Part shown: positions 19,944 to 29,895 of the stretch, in pieces
How positions within the stretch are numbered: the first letter of the stretch is position 1
Layout: the number at the start of each line of letters is the position of its first letter
Virus genome (UHGV): UHGV-0114783
Source: a virus
DNA: 55,303 bases
Reading direction: 5' to 3' (one strand)
Notes under the pieces: model-generated
What the model was told of the DNA's origin: nothing
Seen by the model: only the letters and a program-made list of their open reading frames with translations
Database searches by the model: none
Translations under genes and position numbers: made by a program

Positions 19944-20417
19944 ATGGCTGCATTAAAACCTGATGTGAAAGCCTTCATCATTCAGTCGCTTGCGTGCTAT
20001 GACACGCCATCGCAGGTGGTCGAGGCTGTCCAAAAAGAATTCGGGATCAAGATCACCCGCCAGCAGGCTGAATCTCACGACCCCACGAAGGCCAGCGGTA
20101 AGACGCTCGCCAAAAAGTGGATCGAGATGTTCCACGCGACGCGCGAACGGTTCCTGACCGAAACCAGCGACATTCCGATAGCGAACAAATCCTATCGCCT
20201 CCGCGTGCTTGACCGCATGGCAACCAAAACCGAGGGGATGAAAAACTTCTCCCTGACGGCGCAGCTTATCGAACAGGCCGCGAAAGAGGTTGGCGACGCT
20301 TACACCAATAAGCTGAAGGTTGAGAGCACTGGCAAGGATGGCGGCCCGATCAAGACCGAGACGACCAACCTCACCGCAGATCAGGCCGCAGAGATTTACC
20401 GCAAGATGATGGGGTGA
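19944..20417 (+). CDS. Terminase small subunit (putative)
   Basis: 157-aa ORF directly upstream of and overlapping the large terminase gene. Confidence 0.6.
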   Translation: MAALKPDVKAFIIQSLACYDTPSQVVEAVQKEFGIKITRQQAESHDPTKASGKTLAKKWIEMFHATRERFLTETSDIPIANKSYRLRVLDRMATKTEGMKNFSLTAQLIEQAAKEVGDAYTNKLKVESTGKDGGPIKTETTNLTADQAAEIYRKMMG

Positions 20418-22042
20418 TCATGCCTCTCCCGTTTGAATTCGATTTCAGAAACCCTGATTACCAGATGGTTTTTGAATGGCGGATGGAGCGCTTACAGCGC
20501 ATTCGCCAGAACCCTGAAATGCTGCCAGCGCTAAAGCAGTTTTATCGCACCAACCCGGCACAGTTCATCATCGACTGGGGTATGACTACTGACCCGCGTA
20601 ACATCGATTATGGCCTGCCGGTCACCATCCCTTTTCTGCTGTTCCCGAAACAGGAAGAGTGGATTCACTGGATCATGGAGCGGCGCGAACGACTGGAGAA
20701 CGGCATCACCGAAAAGAGCCGCGAAATGGGGCTCAGTTGGACCGCGATCGGGCTGGCCTGCTCGCTTTGTCTCTTCAACAAAGAAATGGTTATCGGTTTC
20801 GGCTCCCGTAAAGAGGAATACGTCGACAGCACCGGTGACCCGAAGGCGCTGTTCTGGAAGGCGCGAAAGTTCGTGGAAACACTGCCCATCGAGTTTCGTG
20901 GTTCGTGGGACGAGAAGAAGCATGCGCCGTATATGCGCGTTGAGTTTCCAGATACTGGCGCGGTTATCAAAGGCGAGGCTGGCGACAATATCGGACGTGG
21001 TGACCGTACCACGCTCTACCTGGTGGATGAGGCTGCATTCCTCCAGCGTCCTCTGTTGATTGATGCGGCGCTGTCGCAAACCACCCGTTGCCGTATTGAC
21101 CTGAGCTCGGTTAATGGCATGGCGAACCCGTTCGCGCAGAAGCGCCACGGCGGAAAAATACCAGTATTCACGTTCCACTGGCGAGATGACCCGCGCAAGG
21201 ATGAAGAGTGGTATCGCAGGGAGTGCGAGAAAATCGACAATCCGGTGGTGGTGGCGCAGGAACTTGACCTGAACTACAGCGCATCTGCGGAAGGCGTCCT
21301 GATCCCGTCCGACTGGGTACAGGCTGCCGTCGACGCGCATATCAAACTTGGTATTCAGCCAACGGGCAAGCGACTGGGCGCGATGGACGTCGCCGACGAA
21401 GGCCGGGACAAAAATGCCTTTTCGACCCGTCACGGCTTCCTTCTGGAGAACGTGCGTGAATGGTCCGGCGTGGGCAGCGACATTTACCAGTCCGTTGAGA
21501 AGGTCTTCGGCTTTTGCGAACAGGACAACCTCGAAGAATTTCGCTTCGACGAGGACGGCCTGGGCGCTGGCGTTCGCGGCGATGCACGCGCCATCAACGA
21601 ACTGCGTAACGCTGCGCGCCGACCGTCAATACTCGCCACACCGTTTCGCGGTAGCGGCGCGGTGTTTGATCCGGACGACGAAGCGGTGCGCGGCGACAAC
21701 GGACAGGCCGCCCGCCTGAACAAGGACTTCTTCGCTAACGCCAAGGCCCAGAGCTGGTGGCGGTTACGCAAGCTTTTCCAGAATACCTATCGCGCCGTGG
21801 TTGAGGGCATGGCCTACAACCCGGACGAAATCATCTCAATCAGCAGCGCCATGGCGAGCAAAGACAAACTCATCATCGAGCTGTCGCAGCCGACCTACTC
21901 CATTAACGGCGTGGGGAAAATCGTTGTTGATAAACAGCCTGACGGCACCAAGTCGCCGAACCTCGCCGACTCGGTGATGATCAGCTACGCGCCAATGAAT
22001 TCAGCCCTGAACATCTGGGAGCTGCTAGGGAGACAGGCCTGA
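20414..22042 (+). CDS. Terminase large subunit
   Basis: 542-aa ORF in packaging position, ATPase/nuclease-like organisation. Confidence 0.8.
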   Translation: MIMPLPFEFDFRNPDYQMVFEWRMERLQRIRQNPEMLPALKQFYRTNPAQFIIDWGMTTDPRNIDYGLPVTIPFLLFPKQEEWIHWIMERRERLENGITEKSREMGLSWTAIGLACSLCLFNKEMVIGFGSRKEEYVDSTGDPKALFWKARKFVETLPIEFRGSWDEKKHAPYMRVEFPDTGAVIKGEAGDNIGRGDRTTLYLVDEAAFLQRPLLIDAALSQTTRCRIDLSSVNGMANPFAQKRHGGKIPVFTFHWRDDPRKDEEWYRRECEKIDNPVVVAQELDLNYSASAEGVLIPSDWVQAAVDAHIKLGIQPTGKRLGAMDVADEGRDKNAFSTRHGFLLENVREWSGVGSDIYQSVEKVFGFCEQDNLEEFRFDEDGLGAGVRGDARAINELRNAARRPSILATPFRGSGAVFDPDDEAVRGDNGQAARLNKDFFANAKAQSWWRLRKLFQNTYRAVVEGMAYNPDEIISISSAMASKDKLIIELSQPTYSINGVGKIVVDKQPDGTKSPNLADSVMISYAPMNSALNIWELLGRQA

Positions 22043-23511
22043 TGGCACGAAACAAGCAAGCCTCTCAGCGAACGGCGCAGGCCACCGCTGATGGCTATGA
22101 GAACTTTTTCGCCCGCGTGGGGATGCAGACGCCTAACCAGCATTCAGCATCGACCTACCGGGCGAACTTCACCAGCCGCAACCGCATGCTGGTGGAATGG
22201 TCATATCGCGGTTCGTGGGTTATCGGTGAAGCGGTCGACGCTATCCCGGACGATATGACCCGAAAGGGCATTCGCATCACTTCGGAGATTGACGCCAAAG
22301 ACCGTGGCACCCTCGAAGCGCAACTGGATGAGTTGCAGATCTGGGATGCGCTGAACGACGTGCTGAAATGGTCGCGCCTCTACGGCGGCGCGGTCGGCTT
22401 CATCATGATCGAGGGGCAAGCACCAATGACCCCGCTGCGACTCGAAACCATTGGCGAGGGCAAGTTTAAGGGCATTCTCCCGCTCGACCGCTGGATGATT
22501 AACCCGGTGCTGACACGCCGCATTAAAGAGATGGGGCCGGACCTCGGCAAGCCTGAGTTTTACGACGTGGTGACCACCGCAACGGGCATTCCGGCCTGGC
22601 GCATCCATCACAGCCGCCTGATCCGCTTTGATGGCGTCACGCTGCCATTCCAGCAGAAGATGACCGAAAACGAATGGGGAATGTCGGTTGTAGAGCGTAT
22701 CTGGGATCGGCTTACTGCGTTCGATAGCGCTACTGTCGGCGCGGCGCAGCTGGTCTATAAAGCGCATCTGCGTACCTATAGCGTGGAGAAGTTGCGCGAG
22801 CTTATCGCGCTTGGAGGCCCGGCGTTCGAAGCGTTGCTGAAGAACATCGACCTGATCCGCCAGTTCCAGAGCAATGAAGGTATGACGCTCATGGACTCGC
22901 GGGATAAGTTCGAAACCCACCAGTACAGCTTTAGTGGTCTGGATGACATTCTTTCGCAGTTTGCTGAGCAGATCAGCGGTGCCGTTGGTATCCCGCTGGT
23001 ACGCCTGTTCGGTCAATCCCCGAAAGGCTTCTCTACTGGTGATGCAGACCTCGCCAACTATTACGACCGGGTGAGCTCATTGCAGGAGCGCCGCTTACGG
23101 CTGCCGATGCGCCGGATACTGGACATTATGCACCGCTCGGAACTCGGAAAGCCGCTGCCGGACGATTTCACGTTTGAGTTTAACCCGCTATGGCAAATGT
23201 CAGACGTTGACCGATCAACGGTGGCCGTAAACACCACCAACGCGATCAGTACCGCGCTGGGCGACGGATTGATGACGCGTAAGGCGGCGATGACCGACCT
23301 GCGCGAAAACTCTGACGTCACCGGCATCGGGGCATCCATTACCGACGAGGATATCGAGAATGCCGAAGACGAAGCGCCGCCAGGCATCGGCGAACTTGGC
23401 GACAAACCGCCAGAGTCGCCAGGCGGAGATCCGATATCGAACGAGCCTACGGCAGATAGCGCGGGCGGTCGGGGATATCGTAAATGGGCGCTACGATGGT
23501 TCAAACGATAG
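22042..23511 (+). CDS. Portal protein
   Basis: 489-aa ORF immediately after terL, acidic C-terminus. Confidence 0.75.
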   Translation: MARNKQASQRTAQATADGYENFFARVGMQTPNQHSASTYRANFTSRNRMLVEWSYRGSWVIGEAVDAIPDDMTRKGIRITSEIDAKDRGTLEAQLDELQIWDALNDVLKWSRLYGGAVGFIMIEGQAPMTPLRLETIGEGKFKGILPLDRWMINPVLTRRIKEMGPDLGKPEFYDVVTTATGIPAWRIHHSRLIRFDGVTLPFQQKMTENEWGMSVVERIWDRLTAFDSATVGAAQLVYKAHLRTYSVEKLRELIALGGPAFEALLKNIDLIRQFQSNEGMTLMDSRDKFETHQYSFSGLDDILSQFAEQISGAVGIPLVRLFGQSPKGFSTGDADLANYYDRVSSLQERRLRLPMRRILDIMHRSELGKPLPDDFTFEFNPLWQMSDVDRSTVAVNTTNAISTALGDGLMTRKAAMTDLRENSDVTGIGASITDEDIENAEDEAPPGIGELGDKPPESPGGDPISNEPTADSAGGRGYRKWALRWFKR

Positions 23512-24133
23512 CGTCACCGAAATAATGGATGCGCTGGAGCGCTACAGCGAAATCATCACCCCCTGGGCGACGAAGGTTGCTGAGAACTTCACCGCAGACA
23601 TAGCGCGCCAGAATGAAAAGCAGTGGCGTCAGCACAGCCGGAACATCAGCGCAGAGCTGCGCAACATGGTTGACCGCGCCCCGGTAGGCCAGGTGATGAA
23701 ATCCATCGTTGCCGAGCAAATTAAGTACATTAAATCGCTGCCTCTTGAGGCCGCCGATCGGGTGTATGACATTCAGAACAAAGCCATCGAGGCTGTTGTG
23801 ACTGGTGGCCGCGCTGAGCCATTCGCGAAAGAGATAGCTGCGTCCGGTGACGTGTCACGCTCGCGAGCGAACCTTATCGCCCGTACCGAGCTTGGACGCG
23901 CAACCGGCGCGCTCGATCAGGCGCGTGCGCTGTCAATCGGCTCGAATGGTTATATCTGGCGTACAGCCGAAGATGGCGACGTCCGGCATTCTCATCGGGA
24001 GATGGAAGGTAAGTTTGTCGAATGGGGCCGACCTCCAACGCTTGACGGTATGACCGGTCACGCTGGTGAGCTGCCGAACTGCCGCTGTTACAAAGAAATC
24101 GTCTTCCCCAACCCTCATTCTTATCTCGCCTGA
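23360..24133 (+). CDS. Head morphogenesis protein (Mu F / SPP1 gp7-like)
   Basis: 257-aa ORF after the portal gene; overlaps the portal ORF out of frame by about 150 nt, so the start is uncertain. Confidence 0.6.
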   Translation: MPKTKRRQASANLATNRQSRQAEIRYRTSLRQIARAVGDIVNGRYDGSNDSVTEIMDALERYSEIITPWATKVAENFTADIARQNEKQWRQHSRNISAELRNMVDRAPVGQVMKSIVAEQIKYIKSLPLEAADRVYDIQNKAIEAVVTGGRAEPFAKEIAASGDVSRSRANLIARTELGRATGALDQARALSIGSNGYIWRTAEDGDVRHSHREMEGKFVEWGRPPTLDGMTGHAGELPNCRCYKEIVFPNPHSYLA

Positions 24134-24147
24134 ATCGCAGGTAAACC

Positions 24148-25380
24148 ATGAAATATTTTTTCAATACCCGGCTGGGGGAAACCCGCTATCAGCTGGCTGA
24201 CGGCTCGCTGTTGTGTAAAGACGTGCCGATAGGTCGAACGGGTAAGCAGCTCTACGGCGCTGCCGATCTGCCAAACCTCAAACCCGACAAGCTCGGTGAG
24301 ATAGTCGTAACGCGTTCTCCTGAGCAGGTATTCCATCCGGCCACGCTCGCCTCATTCGAAGGGATGAGCATCACGATCCTGCATCCTGAAGATGAAAACG
24401 GGAATGTGCGGCTGGTAAATCCCGAGAACTGGAAAGAGCTTGCTGTCGGGCATCTTCAGAATGTGCGGCGCGGGACTGGTGACCAGTCTGATTTGATGCT
24501 GGCAGACCTTATCGTCAAAGACGAAAGCGCCATTCAGCTTATCGAAGATGGTCTGCGCGAAGTGTCGTGCGGCTATGACGCGGAGTACGAGCAGACCGAG
24601 CCAGGTAAAGCCGAGCAGGTCGATATTACCGGAAACCATGTGGCTCTTGTCCCTAAAGGCAGAGCCGGAAATCGTTGTGCAATTGGAGACAGAGACACAA
24701 TGGCAAATCAAAAGAAAAGCTGGTGGACCCGCATGCGCACGGCCATCAAAACGGGTGACGCTGACACCATGAACGAACTGCTGGACTCTGCGCCAGCGGC
24801 GGTAACGGGTGACGAAGGGGATCTGCCGAGCGGCGTTAACCTCAACATTAACCTTTCACCGCAGCAACCATTGCCGGACAAAAAGCCGGAAATGGGCGGA
24901 GATCCAACCGGCGACGGCGAGGACGATATCAAAACCTTGCTCAAAGCCCTGCTGGCTAAGCTCGAAGGAACTGCGACGGGCGATAACGACAATAAGCCTG
25001 ACGAAAAAGACAAAAAAGATCCGACCGGCGACGGCGAGGACGACGAAGAGGAAACCACGATTACCGGTGACTCTGCCTATCGTGCCGAGGTTATCGTCCC
25101 GGGTATCGATCTGAGCCGTAAGGTGAAACCGACCGCGTTCAAACGTGATGTGCTGGCTGCCGCTGACAAAACACTGGTTCGCCAGGTTGTCGGTGATGCG
25201 GATATCCGCAAATTGCCCAAGCAATCGGTAGATATGGCGTTTAACGCCGTGTCAGAGATTGCCAAAGGGCGAAACACCCGCAGCACCACGGGCGATGCAC
25301 AACGTCCAAATATGGGCATGACCAGCATCGCTTCCCTGAACAAACAAAACGCCGACTTCTGGTCTAACCGCAAAGGATAA
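24148..25380 (+). CDS. Head scaffold/protease-like protein (DUF2213-like) with acidic repeats
   Basis: 410-aa ORF with two DPTGDGEDD repeats, position after head morphogenesis gene. Confidence 0.55.
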   Translation: MKYFFNTRLGETRYQLADGSLLCKDVPIGRTGKQLYGAADLPNLKPDKLGEIVVTRSPEQVFHPATLASFEGMSITILHPEDENGNVRLVNPENWKELAVGHLQNVRRGTGDQSDLMLADLIVKDESAIQLIEDGLREVSCGYDAEYEQTEPGKAEQVDITGNHVALVPKGRAGNRCAIGDRDTMANQKKSWWTRMRTAIKTGDADTMNELLDSAPAAVTGDEGDLPSGVNLNINLSPQQPLPDKKPEMGGDPTGDGEDDIKTLLKALLAKLEGTATGDNDNKPDEKDKKDPTGDGEDDEEETTITGDSAYRAEVIVPGIDLSRKVKPTAFKRDVLAAADKTLVRQVVGDADIRKLPKQSVDMAFNAVSEIAKGRNTRSTTGDAQRPNMGMTSIASLNKQNADFWSNRKG

Positions 25381-25389
25381 TCCAATGAC

Positions 25390-25409
25390 TGCATATCTGT
25401 ACCTTATGC
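25390..25409. repeat. Left flanking repeat TGCATatCTGTACCttATGC (candidate att site of nested element)
   Basis: Matches 38309..38328 at 16 of 20 positions with identical CTGTACC core. Confidence 0.4.
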
Positions 25410-25594
25410 AACTAATATCTATTAATCAGTGCGTTATCGTTCGGAATCATACGGCGTTACTGGCCTGAACCATAAAAATGACACTCCGAACATGTGCGGA
25501 TTTATTCGCCGGATTTCGCTTTGATTCGGTACATGAGGGACTAGAAAGAGAATCATGCGCCGTTTGCATTACATGGTAGCCAGAGAGGTGTTGA

Positions 25595-26824
25595 ATGATT
25601 GTTAGGCCACTAACTAGCGTCGAAGTGAAAAGCGCGAAGGCACAGGGCAAGGATTTCAGTTTGCACGATGGTTTCGGTTTGTTGCTTTACATCACAAGCC
25701 GGGGCGGTAAGTCATGGCGTTTTCGGTATGTACACCCGGTAACGAAGAAGAGACAAACCTATACCATTGGAAGATACCCGGAGTTTACTTTGTCCGAAGC
25801 GAGGGAGGAACGTTCGAAACTGCGCCGTATGGTAGCGCGGGGGATAGATCCGAACGAAGTCAAAAAAGATACCAGGAATGAACAGCGTAAAATGTACGCG
25901 CAGTCATTTCAGGCCGTTGCCGATGAATGGCTAAAAATCAAGATTAAAGAAGGTGCGAGAAGCAACACGCTTGAATCGCACAATGTGACGTTGAAGCATC
26001 TTTCCACGATTTTTAGGCATACCACAGTACATAAAATAAACGCAGCCGATACTATTCAGGCTTTTAAACCTTTCAGGGAAAGGCCATCAACGCTTACGAA
26101 AATGGTTATTACCATCAACGCCATAATGGATTATGCGGTAAATATTGGGGTTATTGAGCACAACCCACTATCGAAAATTGGTAAAGCATTCCCGGCTGAA
26201 AAAAACGAACCAAGAGCGACTTTACAGAAAGAGCGGTTGCCAGAATTTTTAAGCGCATGGAACGAGTTGAGCTTATGGGAGCCATCAAAGCTGGCATTAT
26301 TATTTCAGATCATTACGATGGTCCGACCTTCGGAAGCTGGCGGCGCTCTCTGGAATGAGATTGATTTTGATAATTCAATCTGGCAAATCCCTGCAAGCCG
26401 GATGAAAGGAAAGCGCCCCCACGTAGTCCCATTATCGAGCCAGGCTATAAACGTGCTTAAAGAGGCCGAAAAGTGGAAGCGCTGCGATTATGTTTTCCCC
26501 TCATGGCGAAAAGAAAATAAGCCGATCTCACGATGTGCGACTCAGGCCGGAATACACAAAACGTCGTTTAAAGGAATGATTGTTCCTCATGGGTTCAGGG
26601 CGTTGGCATCTACAGTTTTAAATGACGAGGGGTTCAACCCTGATGTGATTGAGGCTGCACTCGCTCACAAAAGCGCCGATGCGATTCGAAATGTTTATAA
26701 CCGTAGCGACTATCTGGAAAAACGCCGGGTTTTAATGCAATGGTGGGGGGACTTTATCGAGGCCGCAGAGCGTGGAGAGATACTGGAGACCAGCGGCGAT
26801 AAGGGCTTAAGGCTGGTTGTGTAG
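25595..26824 (+). CDS. int: Tyrosine integrase (P4-type) of the nested element
   Basis: 409-aa ORF, ATG with GAGAGG upstream; N-terminal KDFSLHDGFGLLLYITSRGGKSWRFRY and C-terminal HGFRALAST / AHK....R.VYNR motifs. Confidence 0.85.
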   Translation: MIVRPLTSVEVKSAKAQGKDFSLHDGFGLLLYITSRGGKSWRFRYVHPVTKKRQTYTIGRYPEFTLSEAREERSKLRRMVARGIDPNEVKKDTRNEQRKMYAQSFQAVADEWLKIKIKEGARSNTLESHNVTLKHLSTIFRHTTVHKINAADTIQAFKPFRERPSTLTKMVITINAIMDYAVNIGVIEHNPLSKIGKAFPAEKNEPRATLQKERLPEFLSAWNELSLWEPSKLALLFQIITMVRPSEAGGALWNEIDFDNSIWQIPASRMKGKRPHVVPLSSQAINVLKEAEKWKRCDYVFPSWRKENKPISRCATQAGIHKTSFKGMIVPHGFRALASTVLNDEGFNPDVIEAALAHKSADAIRNVYNRSDYLEKRRVLMQWWGDFIEAAERGEILETSGDKGLRLVV

Positions 26825-26966
26825 GGCATATCAATTTTTGGATAATTATGATTTCAAACGGGAATAGCTGGCTTTAAGCCAGCTTTTTTTATGCCCAAAG
26901 CTAACCGGAATGCGTTTTTTTTATTCAAATCATATATAATCATATCGAATATATACGGAGGTTTTT

Positions 26967-27179
26967 ATGTCTATAAGTGGCGGTGATATTCTGCTAAAAG
27001 GTGAAGTGAAAGCGCGTTTACGTTATCGCTCAGACTCGTCATTCTACGAGTTTCTAAAAGACGAGAAAAACGGCTTTCCAATGCCTTTTAAAGTCGGTGG
27101 GCGTAACTGCTGGTATGAAGATGAAGTAGATGCCTGGATAAGTAAACAAAGCGAGAAGCGCGGGATCTGCACATCATGA
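26967..27179 (+). CDS. AlpA-like small regulator/excisionase (putative)
   Basis: 70-aa ORF directly after the integrase gene. Confidence 0.55.
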   Translation: MSISGGDILLKGEVKARLRYRSDSSFYEFLKDEKNGFPMPFKVGGRNCWYEDEVDAWISKQSEKRGICTS

Positions 27180-27318
27180 ATGTTTGCAGATTTGGGAAAG
27201 AGGGCTTGCTAACGGCTATCCGGGCAAGCCCTTTTTATTGTCAGTGGTGGGGATCTGTAACTTACGGCCACCAGCGCCGGTAATCACCTTCTGGCTGGTG
27301 GCTTCACTGGCATGGCTA

Positions 27319-27678
27319 TTACGCTGCCGCATCATCTGAATTGAATTCAATGTGAATTCGGTCATAAGGCAGCACGATTTTTTCGCCGTCTTTGTCCAGA
27401 ACGCCGCCGTTAAGCAGTGACTGAACATCGTTATAAACACCGCGAAAATCACGGTTAACAATGCGTGATAGTTCGCGGATTGATACGGCTTGCGCTCCCT
27501 CCATCGCTTTGATGATCTGCCAGCGGTTAGGGGCAAGCATAGTTTTAGCCAGTTGTTCTACAGTGGGAAAAATCAGTTCGGAACCGATGAAATCCCCGTT
27601 CATTGCGCGGGAGGCGTCGGACATTGTCACCCGGAAAGCATCATCAACGGTCATTACTCTGACGGTCAGCACTCGCAT
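27319..27678 (-). CDS. HTH-containing protein of unknown function (second gene of a two-gene module)
   Basis: 119-aa ORF with HTH-like segment VSIRELSRIVNRDFRGVYNDVQSLL; 4-bp gap from the upstream gene. Confidence 0.45.
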   Translation of the reverse strand: MRVLTVRVMTVDDAFRVTMSDASRAMNGDFIGSELIFPTVEQLAKTMLAPNRWQIIKAMEGAQAVSIRELSRIVNRDFRGVYNDVQSLLNGGVLDKDGEKIVLPYDRIHIEFNSDDAAA

Positions 27679-27682
27679 GGTA

Positions 27683-27964
27683 TTACCTCCTCAACAGGTT
27701 TATGTCAGCCTGAAAGCTGGCGATCAGGTTCTCAATGGTGGTGAATGTCACCGGATATTCCCGATCATGGATGTGTTTGTGGTCGCCTTTGCCACGTTCG
27801 TTGTCGTAACGCATGACGCACTCGCCATCTACGATGTAGGCCAGACTGTACTTGTATTGGTGCTGGCTACCTAAAATTGCCGGGTCTACTTCCAGAATGC
27901 GGATCGAGGCGAAAGCGTTATCAGCTATCTGGATACGGCGGTTCATCAACTCAACAGCGGGCAT
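27683..27964 (-). CDS. Small protein of unknown function (first gene of a two-gene module)
   Basis: 93-aa ORF tightly coupled to the downstream HTH gene. Confidence 0.45.
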   Translation of the reverse strand: MPAVELMNRRIQIADNAFASIRILEVDPAILGSQHQYKYSLAYIVDGECVMRYDNERGKGDHKHIHDREYPVTFTTIENLIASFQADINLLRR

Positions 27965-28204
27965 TGGCTTATCTCCTTGTTGATGTAAATAATAACATCA
28001 CAAACGAATGATGTAAATGATTACATCATTGCGGGTAAGTTACCGATGGCATGAACGGTTCGCTGCTGGTGGCTCTCGATCTCCTGAAATCTCAGGAGAT
28101 TGCCGGGCATGATTTTAATCGGCGGACTTTTCCGCCGATTGAATACGGGCAGTTCGCTCCCTGCGTGTCGGTTTTGTTTGTGGATTATTCGCGTTTCGTT
28201 TCTG

Positions 28205-28310
28205 GTGAATTCGCATTCGCAATTTTTCCGAGAAGCCTTATCCGGCCTGCTTTGAGCAGTGTTCTCTCTTTGCGAATTCGCAATTCCATTCGCACTTTGA
28301 TTCGCAGTTT
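28205..28310. promoter_or_regulatory. Cluster of ATTCGCA heptamer repeats including the palindrome TGCGAATTCGCA
   Basis: Six or more copies of ATTCGCA within about 100 bp of non-coding-looking sequence. Confidence 0.4.
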
Positions 28311-28436
28311 TCAAATGTTCCCATTCCGGGGGCATGGACGATTCGACAGGTGTTACAAACGTTGGTGGTGAAATATCTTCTTGCGCTGGCGGGCAGGGTG
28401 TGGTTATGATTATTTCGCACCTCACAAAACGGGTGC

Positions 28437-28655
28437 CGGGTTTAGCAGCCTGAACGTTCTAGCGGGTAGCCGCTGATTTCCGTATAGCGGTATTTTTACG
28501 CCCGAAAACCAACCACACCCCCGATTTATGGCGGGGCGTGGTGGGGAGGCTTAACGCCTGCTGGTTTCCTAGAACGCCAGTCTGCTAACCCCGCCACGTC
28601 TCGCCACCCATGTTTAGCAGCATCTGGCGAGACTCCTTCAATATGTTCTAGGAGC
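28437..28655 (+). ncRNA. Candidate structured regulatory RNA region with mutually complementary repeats (P4 immunity-like arrangement)
   Basis: TTTAGCAGC...CGTTCTAG at 28441..28462 and again at 28613..28650, complementary block CTAGAACG...TCTGCTAA at 28569..28589, GC hairpin near 28512..28545. Confidence 0.35.
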
Positions 28656-28751
28656 CGCTAAAAATGGCTAGATCCGCACATCCAAAATTCACCTGGCGCT
28701 TTCTCGCGCTTAATCGCCACGACAAAAAAGCCAAACCTTGCCGTTTGTCCG

Positions 28752-29723
28752 TTGAGGCTGCGACCGAACGCGAAGCCCGCCGCATCCTTGCGCCGCACTT
28801 TATTTTGTCTCTGGCCGCACGTCTGCCAGTGCCGGAGGTGCGCCGTGTTTAACCTCCAGACTCTGACAGCCAAAGCCCGCGAGCTGCGCGGCAATGTCGT
28901 TAAAGCGGCGAGCACAAAGGGCAGTCGCACCATGACCCCTGTTTATGACCGCGACGAGCAGCGCAAGCTACGTGAGCGCATCCAGCAGACGCAACCGGAT
29001 TGGGTATTGCTCTGGTGGGATATTGCGACCGTAACCGGCTGGCGTACCAGCGATGTTTGCAACCTGCGCTATTCCTGCGTCAATTGGGAAACGGGGCAGG
29101 CGACAATTATCGTTGCCAAGCAAACCAAAGCCGCCGAAGCGCGGGCAACCCGCAAAGGTATTGAAATTGTGCGCCAGCAGCGCAAGGACGCCGCACGGCT
29201 CGCCGCTGACCATATCGCCTACATGAAGTGGGATAGTATCGGCTGTGATGAACTGGCCGCCGATATGAACGACGAAGAACAGGCGATTGTGTTCGGGCTG
29301 GTGGCAAAGGCTGACGTCAAGCACGACACCAAACAGTTACCGCCCGGCATCATCAAGCGGCTGCGTGACCGGCAGGATCGGAATCTGGTAGAGGACGACC
29401 TGGTATTTTCCCGCTCTCAAATCGAAAGTAACCGTTGTCAACGTCTGGAAGGTAGCGTGACCCGCCAAACCATCTGGCGCAAACTTCATGGCGTCATGGC
29501 GTGGTTTACCCGCTTCATTAACGCTAAATTGCGCCTGAGCGCCTATTCAAGCCGAAAAATAGCAGCCTTTAATCTTATGTCCGCAGGTGGCGAACAGGGC
29601 TTATTGGTGGCGTCTGAAATGCTGGGCCATAGCAACCCGGCGATAACTCGCACTTACCTTCAATTAGGCAGCAAAGCCGCCGCTATCCAGTCCCGTTTAG
29701 CAATGGAGGCCGGAAATGCGTAA
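28752..29723 (+). CDS. Divergent tyrosine-recombinase-like protein (start uncertain)
   Basis: ORF track 323 aa; C-terminal region with TGWRTSD ... LGHSNPAITRTYLQL resembling recombinase boxes; likely real start at an internal GTG/ATG (around 28846 to 28932). Confidence 0.45.
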   Translation: MRLRPNAKPAASLRRTLFCLWPHVCQCRRCAVFNLQTLTAKARELRGNVVKAASTKGSRTMTPVYDRDEQRKLRERIQQTQPDWVLLWWDIATVTGWRTSDVCNLRYSCVNWETGQATIIVAKQTKAAEARATRKGIEIVRQQRKDAARLAADHIAYMKWDSIGCDELAADMNDEEQAIVFGLVAKADVKHDTKQLPPGIIKRLRDRQDRNLVEDDLVFSRSQIESNRCQRLEGSVTRQTIWRKLHGVMAWFTRFINAKLRLSAYSSRKIAAFNLMSAGGEQGLLVASEMLGHSNPAITRTYLQLGSKAAAIQSRLAMEAGNA

Positions 29724-29895
29724 AACCTTCCAGATTGACGGATACGCTGTTAACAGGCGCGGGCATACGGTAGGGATTCACTACACCATGACCAGCACTA
29801 GCCCAGAAACAGCTAAATCTACTGCGCAACTACTGGCGCAGAAGGGCAGCTATAAACACGTTCGCATTACCCGCATTCGTGAGGTGGCAGCATGA
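29716..29895 (+). CDS. Small hypothetical protein (59 aa)
   Basis: Hand-translated ORF with GGAGG ahead of the ATG; overlaps neighbours by a few bases; not in ORF track. Confidence 0.4.
   Translation: MRKTFQIDGYAVNRRGHTVGIHYTMTSTSPETAKSTAQLLAQKGSYKHVRITRIREVAA

Noticed and set aside
28021-28425. ORF-track reading frames across the repeat-rich region (28021..28425 minus, 28051..28371 plus)
   Set aside because: Mutually overlapping, low-complexity translations with no start context; the DNA shows heptamer repeats and palindromes more consistent with regulatory sequence.
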